Origin: an uncultured virus (IMG/VR IMGVR_UViG_3300028678_000003)
Lineage: Duplodnaviria > Heunggongvirae > Uroviricota > Caudoviricetes
Virus record (IMG/VR): IMGVR_UViG_3300028678_000003
Reading direction: 5' to 3' (one strand)
DNA length: 64,000 nt
Part shown: positions 9,863-19,615 of the stretch, one piece after another
Layout of the letters: each line of letters opens with the position of its first letter
How positions within the stretch are numbered: position 1 is the first letter of the stretch
Made by a program: the position numbers and the translations under genes
Notes under the pieces: generated by a model
What the model was told of the DNA's origin: nothing
The model's input: only the letters and a program-made list of their open reading frames with translations
The model's database searches: none

Positions 9863-11476
9863 TTACACGGTGAAGTCAAGCATATTTCCGATAAAGAACA
9901 TTTTGTTGTTCGGCACATTTGGCACAAAATCGTAAGTAATGAAGAAATCTCCATTTACGGCTGTCACCTTAACGTTTTTCCAAGTTATAATAAGATTATC
10001 ATTTCCTGGTCTGGCAACTCTTGAAGCTAATTTAGTTTCGGTGAAGTTCTTTAAACTTTCAGGAGAAGCTTGAGCAACAGTGTCGCCTGTAAACCGAGCA
10101 GCAGCATCAATTATGAGTTCCTTGTTCAGTTGAGCTTTAATAAGCGCAATTGATAACTCGAGACTTTCTCCATCGTCAGCGATAGTCTTTAGATTGTCTT
10201 GTATCGTTGTTATGCCTTGATTTATACACCAGTACCCGTTCACGTTACGAACGTGCATTATACCAGCTTGTAAAGCATTAACCCGTTCTTGCTTTTTCAA
10301 ATCATAAACGAAGTTTTTGTACCCAATACGTTTGAAAGTTAATGGAGTTTGAGGAGCAAGGCTCGCATTCAACCCTATGACTGAAGCTGCAAGGTAAATT
10401 GACGGAAGGCTTTTATTTCCGTTTTTATCTTTTCGAACGTCTTCGGGGGAACCGTGAACGGTCACAACTTGTTCGTCGTTATAATATTTTGCAATTGCTT
10501 CTGAAGTACCAACTTCTCCAAATAAATCATCGTCTTTTTCGCCGCCGCCTATAACCATAAACTGGGTGAACTTTGCTTCATTCTTCAAGAAAGCGTGAAG
10601 TAATCCGTTAGTGGCGGTATCAGCTCCCATTACGCCATATTTGTCGCATAAAAAGAATGTAACATCAAGTTCTGATATCGCTTCAAGAACCGCTTTATAT
10701 TCATTATCGACGCTGGTAGTGGCTCCTCCTGTGAATACTTCCAATGGGCGAGTTGCTAAATCTCCCAACAATAGTTGATTTGCAGAAACTAAGAAATTAG
10801 CCGTCATTACTTTATTGCTAATTGCCCAAGCTTTAAGTTCGTTAATCGACGTACATTCAGGACTTTCAGCCAGTAAAATTGGAGCGGAGTTATCGTATGA
10901 TTTAGTACCATACACTTCGCCATCTTTGTCAACTCCGGACCAAGTTCCTTTATAAACTTGAAGTATAAACAAAAATGGAGTACTGCCTGTTATTATTTTT
11001 GCTGCATACCCAGTTTTTAATATACTGGAAGTTTCTGCGTCTAAAACTCCGTTACCAACTATGCCTTCGTTTTTGCAAGTAAAAGTTATATCCCCTTTTG
11101 TTCCCATTGATAAGACAAGACTGGCTGGAACGGTCGTGGCCGCTCTGGTGTAATACAACTTAGGAATACCAACTGAACCTTCTATCGGCATAAACAACTT
11201 CTTTGCTATGTCGGCAACAGGTCCTCCGTTGACAAATGCGGAAAAATCTTCCCAAGCGGTAAATTCATATATCGCCTTTAATCCCTTTGCATTAGTTCCT
11301 TTAATTCCGGAACCTCCCGAAAACTCAACCCCATTCGATAAGCTTAACCCCGTATCTATAATCATAGCGTTGCCAAAATTAGCAACATTCGCTACCGATG
11401 TAGGATTATAGACCGTTGCGGCATAACTTCCTGGTTCTATGCAGTTCTTGCCCTGAAAATTAACAACTGTACTCAT
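9863..11476 (-). CDS. Contractile tail sheath protein
   Basis: 537 aa. N-terminal EPGSY and C-terminal LTFKR...INQGITT sheath motifs. Confidence 0.9.
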   Translation of the reverse strand: MSTVVNFQGKNCIEPGSYAATVYNPTSVANVANFGNAMIIDTGLSLSNGVEFSGGSGIKGTNAKGLKAIYEFTAWEDFSAFVNGGPVADIAKKLFMPIEGSVGIPKLYYTRAATTVPASLVLSMGTKGDITFTCKNEGIVGNGVLDAETSSILKTGYAAKIITGSTPFLFILQVYKGTWSGVDKDGEVYGTKSYDNSAPILLAESPECTSINELKAWAISNKVMTANFLVSANQLLLGDLATRPLEVFTGGATTSVDNEYKAVLEAISELDVTFFLCDKYGVMGADTATNGLLHAFLKNEAKFTQFMVIGGGEKDDDLFGEVGTSEAIAKYYNDEQVVTVHGSPEDVRKDKNGNKSLPSIYLAASVIGLNASLAPQTPLTFKRIGYKNFVYDLKKQERVNALQAGIMHVRNVNGYWCINQGITTIQDNLKTIADDGESLELSIALIKAQLNKELIIDAAARFTGDTVAQASPESLKNFTETKLASRVARPGNDNLIITWKNVKVTAVNGDFFITYDFVPNVPNNKMFFIGNMLDFTV

Positions 11477-11496
11477 AATTATAATTTTTATTTTGT

Positions 11497-12186
11497 TTAT
11501 ATTATTACTTGTTCAAACATTTTACCCTTGAATACGAAATTTTTTATTATCTCGTCACAAACTGTTTTAGGAACAGTTAATTCGTATTTGAATGATAAAT
11601 TTAATACTTTATGAAATATGGCCACTGGTATTAAATCATCTTGCATCATTATATCATTTCCAGATATTCGTGGAAGTCTAAGTCCTAAAAGTTCAAGATG
11701 TGGGGACAATATCAGCAGCATTGATTTTAATACATTATATACCACACCAACTTCGCTTGAGTTATCGCCCGTTATCATTATTTGATAATTACTTTCCATC
11801 ATCTGCGTAAGCGTATCCCTTTCTTTTTCAACTCCATCGGAATTTATTTCAGTATCAGTTTGATACCCTTCTCCTAATCCTATTGAGCCATCGCAAGCCG
11901 ATTCAGCGGGTAGCATAATGTGTAACGATAAATCTTTTGCTACTTGAAAATTATACCCAAAATTAACGCTTAAAAATTGGGTCTTAAGAAAAATCTTTTT
12001 AGCTTGTTCAAAGTAATTATAGTTGTTTAATCTAATAGCTTGCCCGTCCGAGTTTTCTCCGAGCATTCTATATAATATGCTTTTTTTTGGTTCAGCTGTA
12101 TTCTCAACAATATTATCCTTCAAAACCCTTTTAATGGTTTCAAGAGTATTGTATATAATTATTTCAGGTATTACAATTGCACTCAT
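11497..12186 (-). CDS. Putative tail terminator/neck protein
   Basis: 229 aa immediately upstream of the sheath gene. Confidence 0.45.
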   Translation of the reverse strand: MSAIVIPEIIIYNTLETIKRVLKDNIVENTAEPKKSILYRMLGENSDGQAIRLNNYNYFEQAKKIFLKTQFLSVNFGYNFQVAKDLSLHIMLPAESACDGSIGLGEGYQTDTEINSDGVEKERDTLTQMMESNYQIMITGDNSSEVGVVYNVLKSMLLILSPHLELLGLRLPRISGNDIMMQDDLIPVAIFHKVLNLSFKYELTVPKTVCDEIIKNFVFKGKMFEQVII

Positions 12187-12986
12187 AATGTTGCGTCTAA
12201 ATATTTCAAAGATTCATTATTCACTATTGTATCGACATCTGTTGTTTGAACGGCTTGTTCTGATAAATGTACCGCTTTTAATCCCCTGTGTATCCAACTC
12301 AAGGGGTCTGAATTTGAACTAACTCTCCTGAAAGTGCCATACGTATTTTGAGTGGAATTTGCATACACGCCAGTGCGCTTTCCTAACCCATCGTACAAAG
12401 AATTTTTATGTTGATATTCGGCGAATAAAACAGCCGCCGATTTAGGGGAAGTTATTTCAGCTCTTGATTGCGGTATATTATAGGGAGCGGGGATGCTCGA
12501 TGCAGGAAGTTGTTCTCCCTTAGATTGTTTTAATACCAAGTCGTAAACTTCTTGAGGAATTTGTCCGGCAAATCCAGCCATGCCTAATGTTCCAGGAACA
12601 CCAATGCGAAATGGTATTGTTAGATACCAACCCGCTGGTTTTATCATCATCCCTTTTTTGTTATAGACGGGGACGGTATTTTTAATTTTAGCGGACTTTA
12701 AAAATCCTGCCTTCATGTCAAAAGCAGATGCCCCGTTTTCGAGCATAGTAGGTAAAACTCCAGTAAGTACTATTTGCTTTTCAAATCTTCCTTTATCTAC
12801 TTTGTGTAAATTTTGAAGATATTCAGGGAGTGTAGATTTTAGATTTTGTTTTGCTAAAGATACCCAATTTAGATAAATAGCCGCTGAGACTTCATTAACG
12901 CAAATTTCCGTTAACAAATTTATATCGGTCGCACATAAACCGAATTGCTTTTTTAGCCCAGTTAAATCTATTTCTATGGGTTTCAT
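12183..12986 (-). CDS. Neck/tail-completion virion protein
   Basis: GWYLTIPFR and FRRVSSNSDPLSWIH motifs resemble Twort/SPO1-like neck-region proteins. Confidence 0.6.
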   Translation of the reverse strand: MKPIEIDLTGLKKQFGLCATDINLLTEICVNEVSAAIYLNWVSLAKQNLKSTLPEYLQNLHKVDKGRFEKQIVLTGVLPTMLENGASAFDMKAGFLKSAKIKNTVPVYNKKGMMIKPAGWYLTIPFRIGVPGTLGMAGFAGQIPQEVYDLVLKQSKGEQLPASSIPAPYNIPQSRAEITSPKSAAVLFAEYQHKNSLYDGLGKRTGVYANSTQNTYGTFRRVSSNSDPLSWIHRGLKAVHLSEQAVQTTDVDTIVNNESLKYLDATL

Positions 12987-13801
12987 GGATATATTGTATT
13001 ATCAAATATTTCGATGCCGAATTTTTGAGCGTCAAACATAAAATGTGCTTTTCGGCATGTTACGTTTACAGGCATTGCTGTGAGCTTTTCGTCTGAAAGT
13101 GATTCATTCCTTTCTCTTACTTTCATTAATTCCCTATTCGCGTCTAAAACGTGGTATACTGGAGCATACGAGTATCGTACTGTGATTGAAATAGGCAAAT
13201 CTTTTGAGGACATATCTTTAGCTTCTATTAGGTCTTGTATTCCTAAATCAAAAACTATTCTATTCCCCTTTATAGTGTATTGTTTATTTGTTAACGGCAA
13301 CAATGGTTTATCATCTGATACAAATAAATAAATGTTTGTAATGTCAATGGGTTCATAAATTGGATATGCTAATATCTCCCCTTCGAAAAGAATTGGTCTT
13401 AATACTTCTGAATAATACGCTTCTAATTCTATAAGGATTATTCTATCCATAAATCCTAATTTGTCGATACCGCGAGTGGTAATTTTTGCAGTCCCTTGAT
13501 TTACCTCGCTAAAATCTTTGTACCGCTTTGAGTTGTTCATCCCCTGAGAAACTACTCGGGTGAGTTTTCGGTCTACAAATATCCAGCCTCTTCCGGAACA
13601 GTTTTGGCAGGTAGTAAGAGCTTGACCTCCTGACTTTTCATTACATGGACAACGGAGCGCTCTGTCGATATACGCTTCATATCCGTGGTTATCTATCAAC
13701 TCATTAAAATCGCCAACTCTCCAAACTGGCTGAGGGTCTACAAATTCTTTCGGAGTTGTGACTATTGGCAGATAATCGTTAACAATGCTCTTTGTTTTCA
13801 T
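12983..13801 (-). CDS. Neck/head-completion protein with Cys motifs
   Basis: CPC...CQNCSGRG motif. Position matches Twort-like phages. Confidence 0.6.
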   Translation of the reverse strand: MKTKSIVNDYLPIVTTPKEFVDPQPVWRVGDFNELIDNHGYEAYIDRALRCPCNEKSGGQALTTCQNCSGRGWIFVDRKLTRVVSQGMNNSKRYKDFSEVNQGTAKITTRGIDKLGFMDRIILIELEAYYSEVLRPILFEGEILAYPIYEPIDITNIYLFVSDDKPLLPLTNKQYTIKGNRIVFDLGIQDLIEAKDMSSKDLPISITVRYSYAPVYHVLDANRELMKVRERNESLSDEKLTAMPVNVTCRKAHFMFDAQKFGIEIFDNTIYP

Positions 13802-13803
13802 GT

Positions 13804-14595
13804 CTACAATACTTCAAAAGTTATTCCTCTGTACTGATTTTTTATGTTAGGGAAAGTTTCTTTCATGTCCTCGATATACATCTTTATACGACCTTGGAAG
13901 AGTCCTCCGGCAGCTGACCTAGATAACGGTGTGTTTTGGGAAACTCCGTCTAAACTGACTTGGATATTAGTTATACCAACTCCGTATAAAACATCTCCAA
14001 TTATTCCTAAAACACTCACCGCCGCCATCTTTGAAATGAAATCAAATAAGTCTTTTGGAGTTACGTCCCATCCTGTGACATACGACATTCTCCAATAGTT
14101 AGGGATAAATTTTTGACCAAACCACCCCATGCTTGGAGAAATTCCGTTGAATATTAATGAGTTTTGATTCATTTGAGAACCGCCCCCCATATTGGCAATT
14201 AAGTATATGTTTCTGTAAATAGCAACTTGAGATATTTTTTTTAGAGATATCCACTCTTTAGGATATGTTATTTGACAAACGTCGTTTATATAACCTTTCA
14301 ACCCGTCTACCGATACAATCGGATACATTGTCCTGATATACCCCCAGCAATTAAATTCTTCGCGTACAAAATCACGGCTTTCTTCAATAACTTGCTTAGT
14401 AAGTTTTATGCTAAACAAATTTTCAATCTTCTGCTGCGCGTTCGCGATATGATTCTTAATAGCTTGAACTGATAATACTTTACCGTCGTTATTACTCATT
14501 GGTATACCAAACAAGTAATTTTCTATCAATTCCGATGGACTCATTATAAGACCTTCGTTCTTGTTATATTGTATTTTTAGTTTCAGCTTAGGCAT
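13804..14595 (-). CDS. Head-tail adaptor-like protein
   Basis: 263 aa, two genes after the MCP. YVTGW and SLDGVSQ motifs. Confidence 0.55.
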   Translation of the reverse strand: MPKLKLKIQYNKNEGLIMSPSELIENYLFGIPMSNNDGKVLSVQAIKNHIANAQQKIENLFSIKLTKQVIEESRDFVREEFNCWGYIRTMYPIVSVDGLKGYINDVCQITYPKEWISLKKISQVAIYRNIYLIANMGGGSQMNQNSLIFNGISPSMGWFGQKFIPNYWRMSYVTGWDVTPKDLFDFISKMAAVSVLGIIGDVLYGVGITNIQVSLDGVSQNTPLSRSAAGGLFQGRIKMYIEDMKETFPNIKNQYRGITFEVL

Positions 14596-14617
14596 AGTGG
14601 TATATCAGGACTAAATG

Positions 14618-15046
14618 TTATTTTACTTCTTCAATTTTTTCGGCAGGAACTTCAGGTTCTTCAACCGTTTGTTTGTCTTCTTCAGCCAAATCTGTTTCGA
14701 GTTTTAAATCGTTGTACTTTTTGATTAAGTACCCTTGCATTAATTTGTCTTTGTTTTTGAATTTAGCATATTCGGCTTCCGGATATTCAGCTCCTACTGC
14801 TAACGCAATCATGTCAAGCATTGACATTTTTTTGATTGAAGAAATTACTTGTTCTTCTTCTGATTTTTCTTCACCTGATACTGGAATAATAGAAACTCCT
14901 ACTTCTTCCCAATCCTCAGTCTGTAAAAGCAATGTTCTTGCAGCTTGAGTTGATACGTCAACCTGACCTTCAGAATCGATTGTAATTAAGCCATCAAAAG
15001 GGATAATCAATTTTGAGTTAGTAATTTTTTTTGATTGAATTTTCAT
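14618..15046 (-). CDS. Hypothetical protein after the MCP
   Basis: Start moved to MKIQSKK (15046) because the longer ORF runs through the MCP terminator. Confidence 0.6.
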   Translation of the reverse strand: MKIQSKKITNSKLIIPFDGLITIDSEGQVDVSTQAARTLLLQTEDWEEVGVSIIPVSGEEKSEEEQVISSIKKMSMLDMIALAVGAEYPEAEYAKFKNKDKLMQGYLIKKYNDLKLETDLAEEDKQTVEEPEVPAEKIEEVK

Positions 15047-15059
15047 AATGTTTACTTTT

Positions 15060-15100
15060 AAAAAAAAGAGGGGAAAGGGCAAGACCCCGACCCCTCTTCT
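15060..15100 (-). terminator. Terminator after the major capsid gene
   Basis: Minus strand AAGAGGGG...CCCCTCTTTTTTTT. Confidence 0.75.
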
Positions 15101-15119
15101 TCGATTATACAATTTTATT

Positions 15120-16610
15120 TTATGTCAAGGAAGTTCCAATGTTGATGAAACGAACCATTTTCTTTGGTGCGTACAAGAACGGAGTACCGTACATCAGAAT
15201 CATGAAACGGAAGGCTGGAGATAATACAGCTAAATCCATTTTCATAAGCGGAGCTAATTGAGCGAACTCAATAACCTCGTTGTCGAACTGTTGCATCATC
15301 GCTTGGTCGGTATCAGGCAAGAAACGGTTATTATCGCGAATACTTCCGGCAATTGCTCCGTCATAACCACGGTTCAAATCATCCAAAGAAACATCAAACA
15401 AGGGGAAGAACTGGCCAGAAGCCAACCCACCGCGTTTTGTACGATAAATTCTATAACCTGTTGCGGCATTAATTCCACCGCCTGTCGTAAATTTCAAATC
15501 ACAACCAGCTCCTACGACAGCTGTAACTGCCGCTGTATTGTAAATTGATAACGCCGACTCACCTTTTCGGTTCAAAGCTGTAACGGCATAATACACAGCT
15601 CCTGCGTCAGTAGAGAACCATTTACTTCCGTTAACAGCTGCGGTTACTGTAATTGGAGCAGTTGCATCCCAAATAGGAGCATTCGGAGCCAATACTGAAT
15701 TAGCTGCGCTCAAAGAAGTCCGGAAAGGCAATTTTTTGAAGAATACATCGTGATTCAACCCAATCTGTCCAAACTGAGAATCAAAAGCCTGAACTTTTTG
15801 TCCCATGATACCATTCGACATGGCAGCAGTATTCGGTTGGATGAATTTGTTTCCATAGAAGTTTTTCACGAAATTACTCAATACTGCAGGAGGTGCATAA
15901 ATTTGAGTGCCTAAACCGTAATTTTCAACGATAGTGTTGGCGGCTGTTTCGATAGAATCTTCTTGTAAAGCTTTACCGCGTAAATCCACGATATGTTCAG
16001 AATCCATGTAAGTTCCAAAATCAGCCCAAGCATCAGATTGAATCTGTTGAGCGATAAACCCATTAAATTCCTGAGGGATGATTCTTTCGTCTCCAAAATA
16101 AAGAGATTTGTTCAATTTACGGAGAATCCAAAGAGTACCGTCTTTGATTGTACGTTCCATAACGTTCCCAATCATGGTATTGACCAAAGTCATCTGGTGA
16201 GTCACACTCTTAGTAACGCCAAGGTATTTCACCAACTGAGCCCGACGAACATAAGTCGAGTCTTCTTCGTCCGGAAGTTCTCCTTCAGAATTAAATCCAC
16301 CGCGATCCTGACCGTAACTGGTCTGTTGGTTGTACTCTTCCACAGTGTTGAAAGCAGCTTTCTTTGGTATGTCTTTCCACAAGCGGATATCAGCTTCCTT
16401 GAAAGTGATATGTTTTAGGGTCTTTTCCAAAGACTCAACTTTCAATGGAGCGCCAGAAGCATCTGCCATGTCGGTGTTTTCACGACCAGTAGTTTCGCCA
16501 GCACTTAACGCTTTATTAAGAGCGTCAACGCTTTCCCCCGAAGAAGATCCGTAACCGTCATTACCAGCGGCGTATCCGTAATCAGAAAGATTGATTGATA
16601 ATTTTTCCAT
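15120..16610 (-). CDS. Major capsid protein (SPO1/Twort-like)
   Basis: GAPLKVESLEKTL, NTVEEYNQ, QLAPLMKMDLA and LMYGTPFLYAPKK motifs. Follows the protease and has a downstream terminator. Confidence 0.9.
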   Translation of the reverse strand: MEKLSINLSDYGYAAGNDGYGSSSGESVDALNKALSAGETTGRENTDMADASGAPLKVESLEKTLKHITFKEADIRLWKDIPKKAAFNTVEEYNQQTSYGQDRGGFNSEGELPDEEDSTYVRRAQLVKYLGVTKSVTHQMTLVNTMIGNVMERTIKDGTLWILRKLNKSLYFGDERIIPQEFNGFIAQQIQSDAWADFGTYMDSEHIVDLRGKALQEDSIETAANTIVENYGLGTQIYAPPAVLSNFVKNFYGNKFIQPNTAAMSNGIMGQKVQAFDSQFGQIGLNHDVFFKKLPFRTSLSAANSVLAPNAPIWDATAPITVTAAVNGSKWFSTDAGAVYYAVTALNRKGESALSIYNTAAVTAVVGAGCDLKFTTGGGINAATGYRIYRTKRGGLASGQFFPLFDVSLDDLNRGYDGAIAGSIRDNNRFLPDTDQAMMQQFDNEVIEFAQLAPLMKMDLAVLSPAFRFMILMYGTPFLYAPKKMVRFINIGTSLT

Positions 16611-16635
16611 CTTTTGTTTTGTTTTTATTTTTATT

Positions 16636-18084
16636 TTATGCTACAATTTGAATTCCAAATTCACGCTTAACGCGGTCAATAATGTCTTTAGGAAGATTTT
16701 TGTTTGCTTCAAAATGAGTACAAGCGGCTGAATATTCTTCATCGTATCCCCCCTTTTGAAAAGTCGCTTCGTCAAGTATGGCGGCAATAGCCTTTTTTTG
16801 ATTTTTCATACTCACACGTTGCATTCCGTCATCAACGGCTTTTTCGCCAAAGTCGCTATTGTCAGCTTTAACAAAATTCTTTTCAACCGCCGCTGTATTC
16901 CGCATTGATTTAGGGGCAGGAGATGAAGAACCAAATTCTTCAATCTGTTGACTCAAACCTAAAATAGTTGACTCGTTTGCTTTGATTACATCTAATAGCT
17001 CTGCTTCATGTATGGCGGCTGAATCAAGCTTTTGAGAACATTCTTTAATCAATACAGCAGCTGCAGTAATAAAGCCTTTAGTCAGTTTGTGTGATTCAGC
17101 GATGGCTTTTTCAATCGTATCAAAACGATTTTCTTTTTTCACTTCTTCAGCTTCTTCGGCTTTTTTCATTTCAACTTTTTCTTCGGCTTCTTCAGCGGGT
17201 GCTTCTTTGGCTTCTTCGGCTGGCGTTTCTTCAGCTTCTTTTGTTTCCGCTTCTTTGGCTTTCACAATCGTTTCAGTACTTGAATTAATATCAAGACCTA
17301 AAACTTCATATGCTTTTTCAATATCAGCGTCGGTAACTGTTTTTCTATTATTCATATTTGAAATTTTTAGTAGCAATGAATATATTTTTTCTGCTTTTTC
17401 AATATTAATACTTGGTACGTCTAAGAATATACGTTCCATTACCTCGGATTTACAAAAAGATTGATTTTTTATTTTCTTGTCGACCGATTCTTTAATCAAA
17501 GGAGCGGCTGTTGAAGTGTCCATTGATTTTTCTTCTTCGTCATCTTCTTCTGGTTCGGAACCTTCGCCTTTAATAATGTCAGCGAACGTTTGAGAGTTTT
17601 TAGGTTGGTGTGTTATAGCAACTCCCGTGATACTTGCTTTTGTGATAATTTTATAATCAGGGGATTTTTTATCGTTAGATTTTCTTTGAAGAACTTTACC
17701 TTCGATTGAGTAACCGAGGCGACGGGTTTTGCTATCCTTTGCTAATGTCAAAGCGAGCTCATATACGTCACGAGCTATCTTGCTAGATGGGTATAAATCA
17801 GTTTCAATATAAAGACCTTCGGGTCTTATTTCTCCTTTGCTTGGTTCTCCCACAATTGTAGCGGGTGCTCCTTTGGCTTGATGATGCCAATTTACTGTTC
17901 CGCTTTTCATCAAAGGTTCTATGTCAAATCCCTTAGGGTCTAAAAACTCCCCGTCTGAATCTTTATCCATAGTGGAAGCAATACCGCCAAGTCGCATAAT
18001 TTCAACGCCTGTAGTTTCGTCAATAGCTTTTTCAATCGCTACTGGACACCAAAATTTAAAATCGTCTTTAAGTACTCGTTCCAT
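16636..18084 (-). CDS. Prohead protease with C-terminal scaffold-like region
   Basis: GIAST.DKDSDGE, NWHH, LGYSIEG and VAITHQP protease motifs, followed by an acidic EA-rich tail. Confidence 0.85.
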   Translation of the reverse strand: MERVLKDDFKFWCPVAIEKAIDETTGVEIMRLGGIASTMDKDSDGEFLDPKGFDIEPLMKSGTVNWHHQAKGAPATIVGEPSKGEIRPEGLYIETDLYPSSKIARDVYELALTLAKDSKTRRLGYSIEGKVLQRKSNDKKSPDYKIITKASITGVAITHQPKNSQTFADIIKGEGSEPEEDDEEEKSMDTSTAAPLIKESVDKKIKNQSFCKSEVMERIFLDVPSINIEKAEKIYSLLLKISNMNNRKTVTDADIEKAYEVLGLDINSSTETIVKAKEAETKEAEETPAEEAKEAPAEEAEEKVEMKKAEEAEEVKKENRFDTIEKAIAESHKLTKGFITAAAVLIKECSQKLDSAAIHEAELLDVIKANESTILGLSQQIEEFGSSSPAPKSMRNTAAVEKNFVKADNSDFGEKAVDDGMQRVSMKNQKKAIAAILDEATFQKGGYDEEYSAACTHFEANKNLPKDIIDRVKREFGIQIVA

Positions 18085-18124
18085 AAAAAAAGGTCAAGAA
18101 AGTTATTTTGTAACTCTTGACCTT
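18085..18124 (-). terminator. Terminator-like hairpin abutting the protease start codon
   Basis: Minus strand AAGGTCAAGAGTTA...TAACTTTCTTGACCTTTTTTT followed directly by ATG. Confidence 0.65.
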
Positions 18125-18162
18125 ATTATAGCTGCTTGAACTTAAAACAAAGAAAATATTTT

Positions 18163-18381
18163 TTATTCAGTTCTAGTGCCGCCAGTGACATCAGCATCTT
18201 TATCAAAGAATTTCCCAATTCCTAAAATAACGGGAGTAGAGATTACAAGATATTGACCAATATCTGATATAGTGGCAATTTTTAAATATACAAAAAATAA
18301 AGAAACAAAAACATTTAACAAACACAATATTCCTATTACATTTGTTTTCCAAGATCTCCCTAATAAATTAGTCTTTTCCAT
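18163..18381 (-). CDS. Small two-TM holin-like protein
   Basis: 72 aa with two hydrophobic segments, near the endolysin. Confidence 0.55.
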   Translation of the reverse strand: MEKTNLLGRSWKTNVIGILCLLNVFVSLFFVYLKIATISDIGQYLVISTPVILGIGKFFDKDADVTGGTRTE

Positions 18382-18392
18382 AATATATAAAT

Positions 18393-18818
18393 TTATTTAA
18401 ATCCTGGCATTAATGTCGCATCCGGAACATAATCGGTGGGCTTGTAATTTTTATTTTGAGCCTCAAATACACGAGTAGACCACCCCTTATAATATTTCCA
18501 ATTTTTAGGGTTTTTATTACATAAATTATAATATCTCAACAACCAAGAAAATTTGTACAATTCTATAAAATCGCTGTTGGTCATAAACGTTTTTAATTTG
18601 TATTCGTTTACGGTATTGTTTAAAGAATCTAACTTTTTTTGTTGCACTAATATGGTCTCTTGAAGTTTGTATGTTGAATACAATAAAGTATCATTTTGAG
18701 CTTTAAGCACAATGATTGAATCTTTCAGCGGCTTGTCTGAAGACAATGTCTGAATTTGTTTAGGAGAACACGCTGCAAAATTGATAGATAATAATAGCAA
18801 TAAAATTATTTTTTTCAT
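18393..18818 (-). CDS. Lipoprotein with coiled coil (spanin-like)
   Basis: Signal peptide with lipobox FAA-C. Lies between the endolysin and the holin-like gene. Confidence 0.5.
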   Translation of the reverse strand: MKKIILLLLLSINFAACSPKQIQTLSSDKPLKDSIIVLKAQNDTLLYSTYKLQETILVQQKKLDSLNNTVNEYKLKTFMTNSDFIELYKFSWLLRYYNLCNKNPKNWKYYKGWSTRVFEAQNKNYKPTDYVPDATLMPGFK

Positions 18819-19246
18819 AAAGCATTTAATTTTGATATAAGTTCTGGGTCAACGACTCCGTCTTGCTTCACATGAACCAAACCTTCTGCCATCTTTATAG
18901 CTGGAGATATGCCGAGATTAACTGCCGCGTTTACTAATATCCCCGCAGTAGGTTGACTCTTTATACCGTTGCCTCCTATTTTATTCCAAAAATTCTTAAG
19001 GTAGAAACTCAATACGCTATCGTCTAATCCTGGAATTGAGCCCAAGTTTTTAGGGAAATTTGCTTTATCTTTTTTGGCAATATCCACATACTTCCACACA
19101 GGTTCGTTTGGCCAAAAGTTACGTGCTATTCCCCCGATTGTTTCCCCTCCCGAATCATTCTTATCATTAACATACCCCGTTCGTTTGTTTTTAGAATATC
19201 CTTCAATTGTGAGGACAGGTCTTATTGCTAAAAGAAAATCAGCCAT
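18815..19246 (-). CDS. Endolysin, GH108-like N-acetylmuramidase
   Basis: EG...GYVND.NDSGGET.GGI, FY...FW and AVNLG motifs. Confidence 0.85.
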   Translation of the reverse strand: MADFLLAIRPVLTIEGYSKNKRTGYVNDKNDSGGETIGGIARNFWPNEPVWKYVDIAKKDKANFPKNLGSIPGLDDSVLSFYLKNFWNKIGGNGIKSQPTAGILVNAAVNLGISPAIKMAEGLVHVKQDGVVDPELISKLNAL

Positions 19247-19247
19247 T

Positions 19248-19610
19248 TTATTTTATTGTTAAAGATGTGAAATCAATACAATTTTTATTTAGAAAGTCAA
19301 TTAATTTTGTGGACTTTTTTGAGTTATCTAACAACAGAAATTTTGATACGTCAGTTCCATCGTTTTCCAAGTACTCTTTAAATCCGTTTTCTAAAAGGTA
19401 TATTTGAAACCCTTTGCGTATCGCTTCTTGATATTCGGTCTTCAAATCACTTATAAGCATAGTCTTATCCATATCCTCGATTAAATGTGGATATTCAAAA
19501 TCTTCCATTAACGGAAAATCCCCTTTAAACGGGATAAGGTCGCTCGGCTTCTTTTTTAGCAAATAACCTTTTGCTAATGTGCCTACTGTTGAAACTAAAT
19601 TGTAATCCAT
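19248..19610 (-). CDS. Hypothetical protein
   Basis: 120 aa, tightly packed in the operon. Confidence 0.6.
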   Translation of the reverse strand: MDYNLVSTVGTLAKGYLLKKKPSDLIPFKGDFPLMEDFEYPHLIEDMDKTMLISDLKTEYQEAIRKGFQIYLLENGFKEYLENDGTDVSKFLLLDNSKKSTKLIDFLNKNCIDFTSLTIK

Positions 19611-19615
19611 ATAGT

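Noticed and set aside
17140..17260. Short GCTTCTT-type tandem repeats
   Set aside because: They encode the low-complexity EA/KE-rich scaffold linker and are not an independent DNA element.
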